This document shows positions 13,741 to 26,948 of a DNA stretch of 64,000 bases, in pieces (the first letter of the stretch is position 1; every line of letters starts with the position of its first letter). The notes under the pieces were generated by a model that saw nothing but the letters and a program-made list of their open reading frames with translations, was not told the origin of the DNA and searched no databases. This DNA comes from Harriotta raleighana (lineage: Eukaryota). The position numbers and the translations under genes are program-made. The DNA is taken from NCBI GenBank assembly GCA_050575255.1, contig JBNZDD010013650.1, forward strand, positions 3,768,263 to 3,832,262. Direction: 5' to 3'.

Positions 13741-15248
13741 AGTGGTCAGAACCTGGGACCTTTAAGTTGCACATCTTAGTGTGGGTCATGGGCAAGGCAT
13801 TACCTAACCTAACCCCTTTAAGAAGTCCATGGATGAATTGCTCTCAGCCTTGTCTTTTCTATGACTTGTCTTAAACAATCATTGGCAGCACCACTGAGCC
13901 AATACATACAAAGGTGGGAGGTGTGATCTGACTGCTGCAGTAAGAATAGACAGCAGCTCACTCTTACCTTTAATAATAGGTTAGCAACACATTCTGAGGC
14001 CTTTGTAATGTGACTATGAGTCATTAATAAGTGAGTAATGGTACAGTGGGAGCCAAGAGCACAGCAAGGTCACCTTTTAGACTGCAAAGCTAAACTCACT
14101 GGCTGGAATGCAGCCAAACCAGGCAGTTTTTCAGTGAAGAGACTGCTGTCACATGGGCTAAGGTACAATCTCACACTGTGTCAGAATCTGACATGGAACA
14201 CTGGGAATAAGGAAGGCCACATAGCCCAACAATATTCATTGAATGTAGAGCCTTTCACATAAAATGAAACATATTAAAGTGCTTTATAATCCGAGGATGT
14301 GGAGTGGGCTGGGGTTTTTTATTCAACAACAGAACAATGTAAATGGTTGCAGTATCAAACATAGCTAAAGATATATTTTGCAGTGACAGTGAAGTTTAAA
14401 CAAAGCACGAACATTCTCAGTGATGTGAACTACAAAAAATTAATTTTGTAATTTTGTCTCTTAAATAACCGAGATGTCTCCCATAGAATCATAGAAATTT
14501 GCAGCACAGTTACTCTTCACATCTTGTCTGCTTGGCTCTTTTAAGAGCAATTCCTTTCATCTCATTTAACTACGCTTTCAATATCTTATAGTTTACACCT
14601 CTTTTAGACATGTATCTAGCTCCCCTTTTGAAAGTTCTTAGGGCTAAAACACAGCAAAAAACACAAGGTATCATTAACCTGTGACATGTATTGTGGAATC
14701 CCATTTTCATCCATAACTGATGTCACATAGTCCAGGAAGAGTTGGAGCATTCAATAAATATAACCCCAATTTTAAACCCTGTAAACTTTAATCCAACTCG
14801 TGTGTAGGTTCAACTGTGTTCCAAGCAAAACCAATTAACTTTCAAGGGAGACTCTGTGTGGTAATATAAAGTGTATGCATATTATGGGATACTCCATTAT
14901 TCATTCACAATGCCAAAGTGCACTAAACACAATGCTTAGTATATCATCAGCACAGAGAGATGCCCCTCACTAAATCAATTACATTCAATGACAGTCATTG
15001 ACTGGGATATCAGCAAGAATGGGTTATCTCACAATGTGATAATTAGCACGTCACATATGTTTTTATCCCAATCGAATTCCTTAATTGAATTATTCACCAA
15101 ATAACTACTCAAATGCCTCTTGAATTTACTATCACAATCTTCCCCTACTATTTCAACATACACTGCAGGAACATATACTCTCTCTGTGTAATACATCTAA
15201 ATTTCTGAGCTTGAGTCCGTGCCCACTTTGAGATTTCTTATCCATATG

Positions 15249-15348
15249 ATTTAAATAAGTATATTTAAACACATGATAACATATTATTTACATGTTTAAA
15301 TATACTTATTTAAATAGTCAAGATTAAGATCTTGACTATTTAAATAAG
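15249..15348. repeat. Two chained, overlapping AT-rich inverted repeats
   Basis: 15249-15271 / 15293-15315 (23-bp arms) and 15305-15324 / 15329-15348 (20-bp arms). Confidence 0.8.
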
Positions 15349-16499
15349 ATCTCCCTCCCCACACCACCTGAGCTTTCTATTCTTCAGAGAGTGCATTCCC
15401 AGTTTCCATGTATTTTCATCGATATTCAGGTGTACAATTATAACTATTGTATTAAGCCATTTATCATCCGTTTGATTATTTTTGATAATTTATCTTTCCA
15501 TGCCTGCAGGGTTAGATTTTAAAAAAAATTGTCTTGTCACCAACAGGGGTAAAGGGCTTGACAAAAGCTTCTTGTACATTTCTATACAAGGGCTATTGCT
15601 CATGGGATGTTATTTAATACCATCTAGTGTGCCAATGGTAAGGTCACGTTCCATTGTAACTTCACAATCTTGATTGGCCAATGTTGTATGGCTGAGCTAG
15701 ATAGGACATGCCTTACAATGTGTAGAACTCAAAGACATAGAGTGCTGGGAGTAGCCAAATAAACGCATTGCACTATGCTGAGCATGCTATTCTGTCAGGA
15801 AATATGTGCAGAGGCTTCCTCTCAGCCTCTAAAACACTTGCTTCCAGGATCATGTGGAATATTTCAGCTCCTGATCTGCGGGGACTAATATAGGACTGTC
15901 TCCTTTGTAACGTGGGCATACTGTAGCTCCAGGGATTCAGTTACAGCCCTAAACTGGGCCTAATATTTGCTGTATTTAAATCAGGTCTTATGTTACATTG
16001 ACCTTCGGCTTGTGCTTGCTGCTTTTTAGCTTCTTTCAGCTTTCAACAGGTCTCAATCTTTGTTTGCTTAGTTGGTACAGACATTGCCTAGTAAAGAGCA
16101 AAGTCCAAGTTTGATTTATTTTTATTTTCTCTACCCCACCTCCCCACCCCATGCTGAATTATCTTAATAGGGTGACATTAGTAGGGGCACCAGAATTAAT
16201 CACAATGCCCTGGGAGAGAAAGTCAGTGATTCTGATTAAATGTTCCCTCTTCCCCCCCACCCACCCCCCCGCCTATCACTTCTGGTGTTAGTGGGTTATT
16301 ACTCTTTGTATAGTCATTAACTTGTTTGACACCCAAATTATGCGCACATTATTTCATTATTAGACATGCAGAAGACATGATAAAGTACTATATCAAATGG
16401 AAGGAAAATTATTACAACAATATCAACAAAATTACATTTGTATAGTGCCTCACACATCATCGGGGGGGAAGGGATGTCCCAATGCACTTTTATTATTAA

Positions 16500-17635
16500 T
16501 TCAATAATAAAAGTAAAGTTTCTTTACAAATTGGCACCCCAGATGGGACCTCGATTAAGGCTGTTAAGAGATCGGAACTTAAAAAGTTCTCTCGGTCAAT
16601 GGTGGTCTGAAATAGTCAGTAATCTGGGATCGCAACTGAATTTCTGTCAGGTAGTGGAAGGAATGCTGTGAATACTTCAGTTCAGGTAGTTGGGATTCTG
16701 AGGCCCGTTGCAGGAGCCAGCCAAGAAAATTGCTTGTCAGAAATCTTGAAACAAGGGAAGTCAGAGAGACTTGCGTTAAGTGATATTGTTGAGGAATTGC
16801 AGAGTTTGAGTGAGAGAATCTTAACAGCTAGAATCTAAAGCAAAAGTAATGAAAACCATTGGAGCTATGTTCGGTGAGCACTGCTCAGAAGCAATGGAAC
16901 AGTGTGAAGTACTGAGTAGGATGCAACAACAACCGGAAAATGAAAAGGAAATTTTACAGAGACAAGTTAATCATTTAAGATCAACATACGGATATCTATG
17001 TAGCAAATGACTAGCATAAGAAAGAACATGCAATCAGGTACGATACATGTTAGAATATGATAAAGAGGCTGCAAGTAAAATTAGGTGTACAGAAAGGAAC
17101 AAACCACATATGAAGGAAGTGATGAGGAAGACTGTGAAAGGGACGATATTGATTGGGATGATATGGCTAGGAAAGCTTAGGAATATAAAGCAGAGTTGAG
17201 GGAGATCTTTGGGGGCCTGAAATTAAAACACGAAGATGACCCACTGGTCCACATGAAGGCATTTAAAGTCTGCTTAATGCTTTTGAGGAGTCAGAAAAGA
17301 TCAAAATGCTCTCTCTCCACAACTTTTTGCAGCTCTCTCAGATAGCACAAAAATAGGATGATATCAATTGGGATGATTTAAATAAAAAAAGATAAAAGAT
17401 GTAGACTTGGCTCATTAGAAATTACCACAGACGAAATAAGGAAATAAAAAGCTTCTGGGGGATTTTACAAGGCACAACTCTGTCCTCAGCCAGCAACCAC
17501 ATACACTTTCAAGGTAAGCTTATTGGATAATGATTAGGAAGAAGGCAAGTCGCCAGGTCCTAAATCAAAGGACACTTTGGTCAATTGAAGCTTCAGCCTC
17601 TGCCCTTGTTGAGATTAGTTTACGGACTGGGTTTC
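16500..17635 (+). mobile_element. Decayed LTR retroelement: LTR end, tRNA-Arg PBS, leader and gag-like remnants
   Basis: AATAAA(16506)..TTTACA-AAT-TGGCACCCCAGATGGGAC. The 18 nt at 16532-16549 are complementary to the 3' end of vertebrate tRNA-Arg(CCT). Broken coiled-coil and capsid-like frames follow. Confidence 0.7.
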
Positions 17636-17642
17636 CTGCAAA

Positions 17643-18552
17643 GGAGAGAGTGCAAAAGAGATTTACCAAGATGGTACCAGGAATGAGGAACTTCAGTTAT
17701 GAGGAGAGCCTAGAGAAGTTAAGATTATTCTCCTTGGAGCAGGGAAGATTAAGAGGAGACTTAATAGAAGTTTTCAAAATTAGGAGGGGATTTGATAGAA
17801 TGAACAAGGTGAAACTATTTCCCCTTGCAGGTGGGTCTGTAACCCAAGGACATTGATTTAGAATAGTTGTTAAAAAAAATAGAGGAGAGGTGAGGAGAAG
17901 TGTTTTTACACCAGACGTTGTTCGGTTCTGGAATGCATTGCTTGATATGGTAATGGAAGCCGATTCGATATAACATTTAAGTGAAATAGATAATTATTTG
18001 GGGAGGACAAGCTTGCAGGGCTAAGGAGAGAGAACACGGGGGAATGAGAATTATTGGGGATTTATTATGTATTGGGGAGTGAGGAGGTCAGAGAGATAGG
18101 GAGGTGCCAGGGAGTGAATGGATTTGTGAGGATCCTGAATTCGATCCATTCAGTGATGGGGAGCCAGTGGAGCCTGGCCAGAACTGATGAGATGTGGGTA
18201 TGTACTTTGGTACGGTCCTGTATGCGGGCGATAGAGTTCTGAATGAGCTGAATGTTTTGAAAGGTGGAGCGGGGGAGACCTCTGAGGAGTGCTCTCAAAG
18301 AGAGAGGTGACAAACGCCTGCACAAGGGTTTTGGCTGGATTTGGGGTAAGGAGGCAAGGCGGGCAATGTGGCGGAGGTGGAAGATGGCAGTCCTGGTCAG
18401 AGGGAGGAAGGATGGCTGGGGGATGAACTGGATGCCTAGATTGCAGAAAGCTGGAGAGTGGAATTCAGTAAGGTGTTTTATGTGAAGACCACCAACGCAG
18501 ACTTGACAGCTAATTGACCTGTTTCTTGCTGTACTATTTTGTGATTTCGTGA
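17643..18552 (+). mobile_element. CR1 LINE 3' fragment, interrupted by an L2 insertion
   Basis: ERVQKRFTKMVPGMRNFSYEESLEKLRLFSLEQGRLRGDLIEVFKI is the CR1 ORF2 C-terminus. A CR1-type tail resumes at ~18495-18552. Confidence 0.85.
18060..18480 (-). mobile_element. L2-clade LINE fragment nested in CR1
   Basis: IQLIQNSIARI..HISSVLARLHWLPITEWIEFRIL. Confidence 0.8.
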
Positions 18553-21454
18553 ATCTGGTTTGTGAGAAGACATGGAGATTCTGCTCTGCTAGTACTCATG
18601 TCTGCTCGCCTCAGAAAGACGACACTAGATACAACTTCAGCAAGGCAACATCGCCCGAGGAAAGACCGCAAAACTGACACCTCCACCTGTCACACCAGGG
18701 ATTAGCCCAGACTCTCAGCAATGTAATTAAATAGGGATTCCCAGCAACTGCTCACAGACTCTTTTATTGCAGTTCACACGCCAAGCTGAGATGCCCATAG
18801 GAATTTTGCACTTCAGAAATACACGGAGCCCTGGCTTGCCTTAGATTTCGTTCATCAAATTATCTACTCTAAAATCCACCAAGTAAGCAAAATCCTCTCA
18901 TCATCAAGATAGTTTGGATCCTCTCCCACCTTGCCCCCTTTCTCTCTTAAAAGGTTTTAACTGCTGAGATGCAATTTCACAGCAACCCATTTGTCATATC
19001 TGACAGTCACTATGACAGTGAACTATCGGCAATGTACGTAATTGCAAAGGAGTGTGGGAGAACAAGTTATCAAATATCAGAGCCCAATTAATCCTTCAGC
19101 TAAATTGGCCGTTCTCTTCATGGCTTATTAGGAACATTGCTGTGTGCAAATTGTCTGCTGTGTTTACCTACAAATGCATGGTCACTGCACTTTACAGAAA
19201 GTGTGTAAAGTACTTTGAAACATTAGTGTATCAAACACAAAGATTATTATATTTACAGAGACACTCCAGCAGGGGCAATCAGGAACAGGAACCTGGGCCA
19301 ATTTCCCCCTTGCTAACCCACAGTAATGAGGCCAATTACAACTGCTGCCCAAGATACCTGATAAGCTAACTGAGCACATGATCAGAATTTGAATATAGAA
19401 TTTATCAGGTCTGCATGGAAAGATGTTAACTAGAGGTAGTGAATAATGTCTGAAAGATTCGGTAGATAGCTTTGATGACAGTAATGAGGTGAAAACTAAT
19501 AAGGCACCCATATATAATATATATATGTCACAAGTGCTGGAGGTGTAAATAAATTCTGCATAGCATTATTTAGGGCTACATTACTAGCACCTGCTGTGAG
19601 CCAGGGCATTCTGATCATCAAGTGTCAGTCTCTGTCAGACTGTAACTTAAATCCATGCAACAGGATATTAAAATGGATTGGCTTTTGACTCTAGTGATGT
19701 GACGGTACAACATTACGATAAATTCTATAATGTGATATTAAGTAAGACCAACTTTTTGTGTGAATTTTGTATTGATTAAAGTGAGGACTGTTATCAGTAA
19801 GAAATAGAAGACCTTCAATGTCCAAAGTAACACTTCTAGTCAAATACAGCACAGGCTAGATATGGAGTAAATCGCCTCTCTATTGCCCCATTGAGCACAT
19901 CTAGGTCAAAAGCCAATGAAAAGCTAACAGTTTGACAAGTCTACAATAAAATTACATCCCTCAATCTGTGAAGAAAAATGGGACTGAGCAGATAAACACT
20001 TGGTTATACAAGTGTTGTATTTTTCTTCCTTACTCTTGCCCAGAAACTGCTAAAATGTGCCTGCCTTCCACTGGCAATGGGACCTACCCAAAGAATCATT
20101 CTTCATGCATGAAGTGTGCGGTGAATACCAGCAAGATATCAGACTATGAGGGCATAATAGCTGAGCCTGACATAAGTGTAATTTTGTTGTTGTTGTTGTC
20201 GTCCTCACCTAATATCTATATACATGCCTTCCAACCAGAGGCAGTGAAGAGATATCACTTAACACTAAGAGCCGGGTTAATCTCTGGCAGGAAAGTGGAT
20301 GGTAACTGAAGGCTACAAGAATTATTGCTGCTGGTAAATGAGTGAACGAAATGTGGGGCAGTATGAACTGCTGGGGCTTTGAGAACAGGAGGCCTAGAGT
20401 TGAGAGTGACTAATGAGTCATAAGTGTGTATGGTTATTTAAGTTTATAAAACTTAATTGAAGGTAGGGAGAGAATTGGAGGATCTAGTCACGGTAAGTTC
20501 AGTGTGTCAAGTGGAGTTGGTCTTGGAGTGATTTTAAAGATCCCACAAGATTAATAGAAAAGGGATTTTCTCCCAGTGTCCTGCATAATACTTTTTTAGA
20601 TCAATTAGTCAATCTGCACATGACTGTGTTGTGAGATCTTCCTGGGTATAAAATGATTGTCATGTTTCCCAACAAATAAAGCTATGAATATTTTGCCCAC
20701 AAATATACAGTCAATTTTCCTACTTTCCTTCCCCCTAACATGACTCCTTTCCCCCTACTCTGGTCCCTACTTCTTTTCACCCCTTTTTTCCCTCTTTTTT
20801 TTTCCCTACCCCGACCCCTACCCGTTGCTCTGATACCTACCTTGGGACGTTGTTGTATTCTGTGAAGCGCTTTGAGACGTCGATAAGATATGGAAAATGC
20901 TATGTAAATGTAAGGATTATTATTATTTATTATTATTACTGTAAAGCTCATTTAGGCATTCTAACATGACTTAAGTTCTCGATTTATAAAGTTGATTTCA
21001 TTAAGTTTGTAACTTCATTGGTAGTCCCAATGACTGCTTTGGCTGAAATCAGTAACTGGGCAATTCAAACCTGGATTCTTCTTTTGTGTGGCTCAGTACC
21101 ATTGTTAAAAATCTTTCTCGATGAATAGCCGCTGCTGAGGGACTGCCTTCTGTGAGGTTGTGTGGCACTGGATCGCATCAGAAGAATGTTTAAATTATGA
21201 TTGATGTATTGAACCCATGGATCTTGCTACAGAATCAGGGCACTGTGCAGCTTGCAGCTGCTACTCTGACTCACCAAATTGTTATGGCACAACTGTCAAA
21301 GTAAATTGAGTCAAGATCAGTTTGTCTTCAAAGCCCCCTCCCTGGTCCTCCATGATGGCTCAGTGAGTAAATGGGCTGCTTAATATGGAACTCAGCCATA
21401 CACACTGGAGAGGTCCCAGATGTAATTCATCGTTAGTACTTTCCCATAATGTAG

Positions 21455-21930
21455 AACAACAACAACTTTCACTTTAACACCCTTCATGCAGAGTAGAGTC
21501 TCAGCGAGCTTAACAGTAATGGAGCCTGACACCAAGTCAGAAGTAGGGGAGGGGATATAAGCACAGCTGAAGAGGAAGGTTTTCAGTGTGGACTTGATAA
21601 GGGAAAGAGAGGGGGCAAGGCGGAAGGATTGAGGAAGAGTGTTCCAGAGTCTCAAGGCATAGTGGCTGAAAGCATGTCCTCCAATGGTGGTTTGGAGGGT
21701 GCGAGGGACGAGCAGGAGGACCGTGCCAGTTGTACAGAGGTGTTGGATGGTGGATTGTGAAATGAGGAGGTCGGAGAGCTAGGGAGATGCCAGAGAGTGA
21801 AGGGATTTGAACATGAGTGTGAGGATCTTGAAGTCTTTCCATTCAGTGATAGGCCCTGAGCAGAACTGGTGAGATGTGGGTACAGAGTTGGGTCCGAATA
21901 AGTATACGGGCAGCAGAGTTCTGAATGAGC
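21455..21930 (-). mobile_element. L2-clade LINE 3' fragment
   Basis: RLWNTLPQSFRLAPSLSLIKSTLKTFLF and DFKILTLMFKSLH in adjacent frames. Confidence 0.8.
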
Positions 21931-24346
21931 AAGAGGAAAATGAATCCCACAGCTTCTCTTGAACACCTATTGCTACCGACTCTGTATTGTCCATGTTCTC
22001 TATAAAAGTAATTCAATCTGAACTTTTCTTTTCACCTGACCTCTCTGAGCTTTAGTCAGTGTTTATTTTTGTAATACATAGTTATGTCAAACATATTTTT
22101 GGAGTTTAGTTTATCTACATCTCTAAGTTTAACGAATTTCACCAAGAACCTCCCTGAGCCTTCACTTCTTCAGTTCTCACATTTATTTTACTTTATACTA
22201 TTTATAGATTTTATTTTATAATTCTGCTAGTTTGATCACAGCATGGAACTATGCTACGTATGCCTCTATTGGTTTGGTAGCATCACTCCTCGCATTTGAT
22301 ATTGGCATCTTTTAATTCAGGAGTGTAGTGAATGTGTGTGGTTTTTTTTTACATAGTGTGGGCAAGTTTAAATGACTGGCCAGTGATTTAAACATGCCCA
22401 CACTATGCAAAAAAAAAACATTTTCTCCACTTCTGTAATTCACCATGTAAATCCTGCAAAGCAATTGGGGATGTCCCAATTGCTCCCAGACTGGAGCCTC
22501 AATCATTTAGAAAGCAACGTGTGTGTATTTAACAGGATCAAAGCAGAGCGATTTCCAATAGCTTGTGTCCGTAAACGCACATCTGACAATGAACTTTTAA
22601 AGAAATGTGTAAGGAAGGTCTCAGGCTCAGCCTCTCTTGTATTAGCTGCCTTGCCTGTGGAAGCAATGCGAGAGCTAAACTAGCTTTTTGGGGTATAGGG
22701 CACCTGCTCGAGATCACCATCCAGTGACACCTTGCTTGGATACTGCACACATTTGGAGTTGGAAGAGAATATGATGTAAAATAGCCACCTGACACTCACA
22801 CATGAAGCAAGACCACTGGGAAATTTTGCACTAGTATTTTTCTCCAAGTGAGCAACTTTATTCGCACACAATTTATTCACTCCCATACCTTCTACTGCTG
22901 CCTTTAACAAAAAATTCTGGAATCTGCCTCAACTATGATTTCCACATCCTAACTATCCTATCTATAAAGGTTTTTTAATTTCCCCTTTAAATCCTTTAAA
23001 ATTGGTCATTCACTTGATGGCTATTTGTAACATTGGGACATTGCTGTTTGCAAATTGGCTACCGTGTTCGTCCTCAAAATATAGTGTTACTACACAATAC
23101 AATAATTCTGCAGGATGAATTATCTTTAATAATCAACTGCAAGGATTATTATTTTTCTTATTACAGTTGTCATTCATGTCCTCCTGTTACTCATGAGTGC
23201 CAACAGAACCATTCACATGATTCAGGGGATCGTTGGAAGATTCTTTTGAATAAACAGTATTTCTGTACTCTATTTGGTATAAGAATTCTCAGTGCTTTTG
23301 GTCCTAAGTTATAGGTTTGTTCTGCCTATCTTTAAAGATCATTCACTTGATGCAAATATGTTTTCTAGTTTTTAGCTGATTACTGGTAGTTCCTTCACTG
23401 CTCAGCTCTCCCAGAATGGAGACCTGCAATTGAGTAAAGAAGGCATCAGGGATTTGAGGTTTCTCTCACCGACACAATCCAGAGAAGTTAACCAAAATAG
23501 TTTCACCAGAATGGGATTCACTCAAAACCTTTGAATTTGAAAAGGGCTGTGCGAGTCATAGGTGGTCAGGCAACAAACCATACACACCTTCAGCCAGTTG
23601 AAAGCGCAGGACACATTTCTGTACCCTCTCAACATCTTTGTTCTTTCAGAAACTAAAAGATGTCCTTAAATGGTCAATAAGACAGGATAAATCTCCAGTG
23701 TGACAGTAAGGCAAGAGCAGCAACTGCTGTGCGTGTGGGGAGGGGGGGGGGGAGAGACGTAGCCAAAGGGGGTGTCCAGTTACAAAGCTGCTACCATACT
23801 TAGTGCCTTTACACTAACCCAGAATACTCAGGGAAGAGCCACAGCAGAAATGTTGTACTAAATTAACCCAAGGACACACAAGGGTAACTACAACATTCCC
23901 GTTCCTTAACCACCCGTCATTGCAATTGGAACATTAATAATCAGAACATAGAAGACACAAATTTCACACAATTCACATCATTCCAAATTCAGACTATGAT
24001 CCTCACATCAGTTCAAATGCTGGAGTTTCCAAGAAACTTAATGTCTGTGAGTATTAATTTCCTTTCAAAATAAATTTTCCCCAGAAAAAAAACACAATCA
24101 ACAGATTTCAGCAATAATAATATGCTTTCCACACATCTTTAGATTTGCAAAAATCTAAATAGTTTGCCAAAATTATCAATGCACCTTCTACCTTTCTGTT
24201 GCTATTGAGACAATCCAATGCTTGCACTCAAACTGCAGAATTCTTTGAAGGGAATTTAAACGGGATGTCTGCCCAACCAGGGACCTTGCCAGTTAGCATC
24301 TGAGTGGGTTCCACAGTCATGAATATATATATTTTTTAAAACTTAC

Positions 24347-24404
24347 CTGCCACCACAAGGAACACCAGAGCAAGGAAGACACTGAAAAAAACCAGTCCCT
24401 TCAT
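24347..24404 (-). CDS. SRL: Sarcalumenin first coding exon, signal peptide MKGLVFFSVFLALVFLVVA
   Basis: gccaaaATG Kozak context, hydrophobic 19-aa signal peptide, perfect G|GTAAGT phase-1 donor compatible with the downstream phase-1 acceptors, TATA box ~35 nt upstream. Confidence 0.88.
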
Positions 24405-24439
24405 TTTGGCTGCCAGGATTCAGCTGCCAGTGAGCAGCA

Positions 24440-24500
24440 ATATATAGGGAGAGAAGGTCAGAGGTCAGAGAGTGACCTTAAAAGGACGAATCATAGGTCA
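24440..24500 (-). promoter_or_regulatory. SRL core promoter: TATA box plus cluster of four AGGTCA nuclear-receptor half-sites
   Basis: TATATA at 24441-24446; AGGTCAgAGGTCA (DR1) at 24455-24467; TGACCTTAA at 24473-24481; AGGTCA at 24495-24500. Confidence 0.6.
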
Positions 24501-26279
24501 CAAATCTGCGATGACAATTGGCATTTTGCTAACGGAACAGGAACATTACTGGCTAATATTAGCTACTGATTTGCATTTCAAGATCTTTTTACTAGCAAAT
24601 TGGGGACATTATTACAGAAAGAGACTGGAGTTTAACTGGAAGATCATTCTTAAAATCAAGATTGCCCATTATCCAATCCAGTCTGCTCCAACATTAGATG
24701 TTTTATCCGATAACATTTTAATATATATTTATTATGGTATTCTTTACAACATTATTCAAATGAACTGATCCAAGTTCCCATTTGTTTGTAATTGTGAAAG
24801 TTTTAATTTTACTACTTTGATCAAGAACAACTTCCATTGATATAAGAATAAGAATAATCCTTGCATTTGATATAGCTCCTTATCATATCTTCGAGACATA
24901 TCAAAAGACTTACTTTATTGTAAAGTGAAATGACTGTATATTGTGTGGGCAAAATCCGGCAGCCAATATTTCCTTCGCACACCGCAGTCTCGGAGTTATC
25001 CTAAGTGTTTCATTCTGGTTTAGAAATGTACTCAGTAATTGCGACAACCAATCCCATGAAGAAACCGGCTCAAGTTCAGTTCCACTGCATCAACCACCAT
25101 TTGGTACCTTGACCCACATTATGTGAGTCTGGATGAATCCGTAACTCTTGAGGGCATCAAAGCAAGCCCAGATACCCAACCAATACAGCTCTATAGTTGG
25201 AGTTTTGGGATAATATCTAGCCTCTTTCATGTAAAATAACATCTCAAAATATTTAACAATCTTTGTCTCTGAGACTCTCTAAATTTCCATCTCAAACTTT
25301 TTTTGTGTCTGGACTTTTTCTCTGTTTTTCTGACTCTCCCTAACGTTATATTTCTTTGTCTCACTCAGTTTCTCTGTCTGAAACACTTTTTTTCTCTCTC
25401 TCTCTGACTAATTCCACATTGCCCTGCAGTGCGTTGCTGACTGACTGATCACCTAACTCCAGTTGCTGGATTAAAATTACTGCTGCTCTGGGGTGAATCG
25501 GGACAAATGTTCTCAACAACAACAACAACAAAATTACATTTGTGTCATGCCTTTCACGTCAGAAGGACATCCCAACGCTGGACAATTATTGATTCAGACA
25601 CGAGCTGAGGAAAGGTGGTGGGGGAGGGATGGGAGGAGTTGCCAATGGATCCATCGAAGAAGAGTCTTGAGGCGAGACTTGAAGGAGGCCAGGGAAAGGG
25701 CGAGACAGAGGTACTTTGGAATGGAACCTTTGCACATAACAAATTCTTGCTTGCCAGAATTGTGTACCAGGTGTTACACCGAGCTTCAAGTTTGGAATAG
25801 GCATGAAGCCACATTGCTCCCAGCAATTTGTATCTTTTTGAATGTTGTGAAACAATACACAGATTTTATTGGATGACTGATATGAAAGATTCAGGTAGTC
25901 TGTCTCTATCCCTCTCCAAATGTTCCAGAGAAAGCATTCACTGGTAGGTCCAAATGGCCAGTGCTCACCCAATATGGCAATATTGTTAAAGTGGGAATGC
26001 CCATTGTGCTGGAGTACACATGCTTATATGTGAGGAGTGTACCTAGCTCAGGGCATGCTCAACATTCTCAGCCGCTGTGCAACTACTGTAGTTCCCAATA
26101 TTTTTTTAAAAAGCTATCTTTCCCTTTGATAGAATACAAAAAACGCAATGCACATAACTGAGCCATATGTACCTGCAAATCACAGGTCGCATCCCTGGGC
26201 TGTGCTGAGTTAACTAATCTAAACCACTGTAATATTAGCATTGCACCCAGAAGAACAAAACAGCCGTATCCTTGTTGGT

Positions 26280-26948
26280 AAACTGTCTTTCCTCCCCCAA
26301 ATCCAAACCATGACCCGCTCTGCCTTCCCTTACCTTGGCAATGCTGCCCAATTCCGCCATTCCCTCACCCCTCAGGCCGCTGAAACCATCATTTGTGCTT
26401 ACATCACATCCAGGCTTGACCTCGCCAAAGCATCACTTGTTGGCCTTCCCAATTCTTCCTTCCATAGGCTGCAGCTAATCCAGAACTCTGCGGCACATGT
26501 CCTCTACCGTTCCAAGCTCTGTGACCCCATTTTCGCCCAACTCCATTGGCTTCCAATCACACAGAGGATTCAAATCCTGGTACCCACCCTCCATCTGCTT
26601 CCTCTTTACCTCCTACCAACCTGTCCGCCCCCTCTGCTAAGTGGACTCCGGCCTCTTCCATGTCCCCGACTCACCCGCCCCACCATGGGTGAATGAGTCT
26701 TCAGTCACTTTGCCCCTAACCTCTGGAATTCCATCCCGCAGTCCCTCTGCCTCATCCCCTCCCTAGCCTGCTTCAAGTCCCACATCAAAAACCACCTCTT
26801 TGACAGTGCCATCGGTCACCCACCTCTCCCCCACCCTTTCCCTCACCCTCCCCGTTTCCAACCTCATTTTGGGTCTGAAACATTGACTGGCCAGTGCCTT
26901 GAGATGTCCTCCTGAAAGGTGCTATACATTTTGTTATTGTTGTTGTTG
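26280..26948 (+). mobile_element. L2-clade LINE 3' fragment
   Basis: AAETIICAYITSRLDLAKASLVGLPNSSFHRLQLIQNSAA..QLHWLPITQRI and a (TTG)n tail. Confidence 0.85.
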
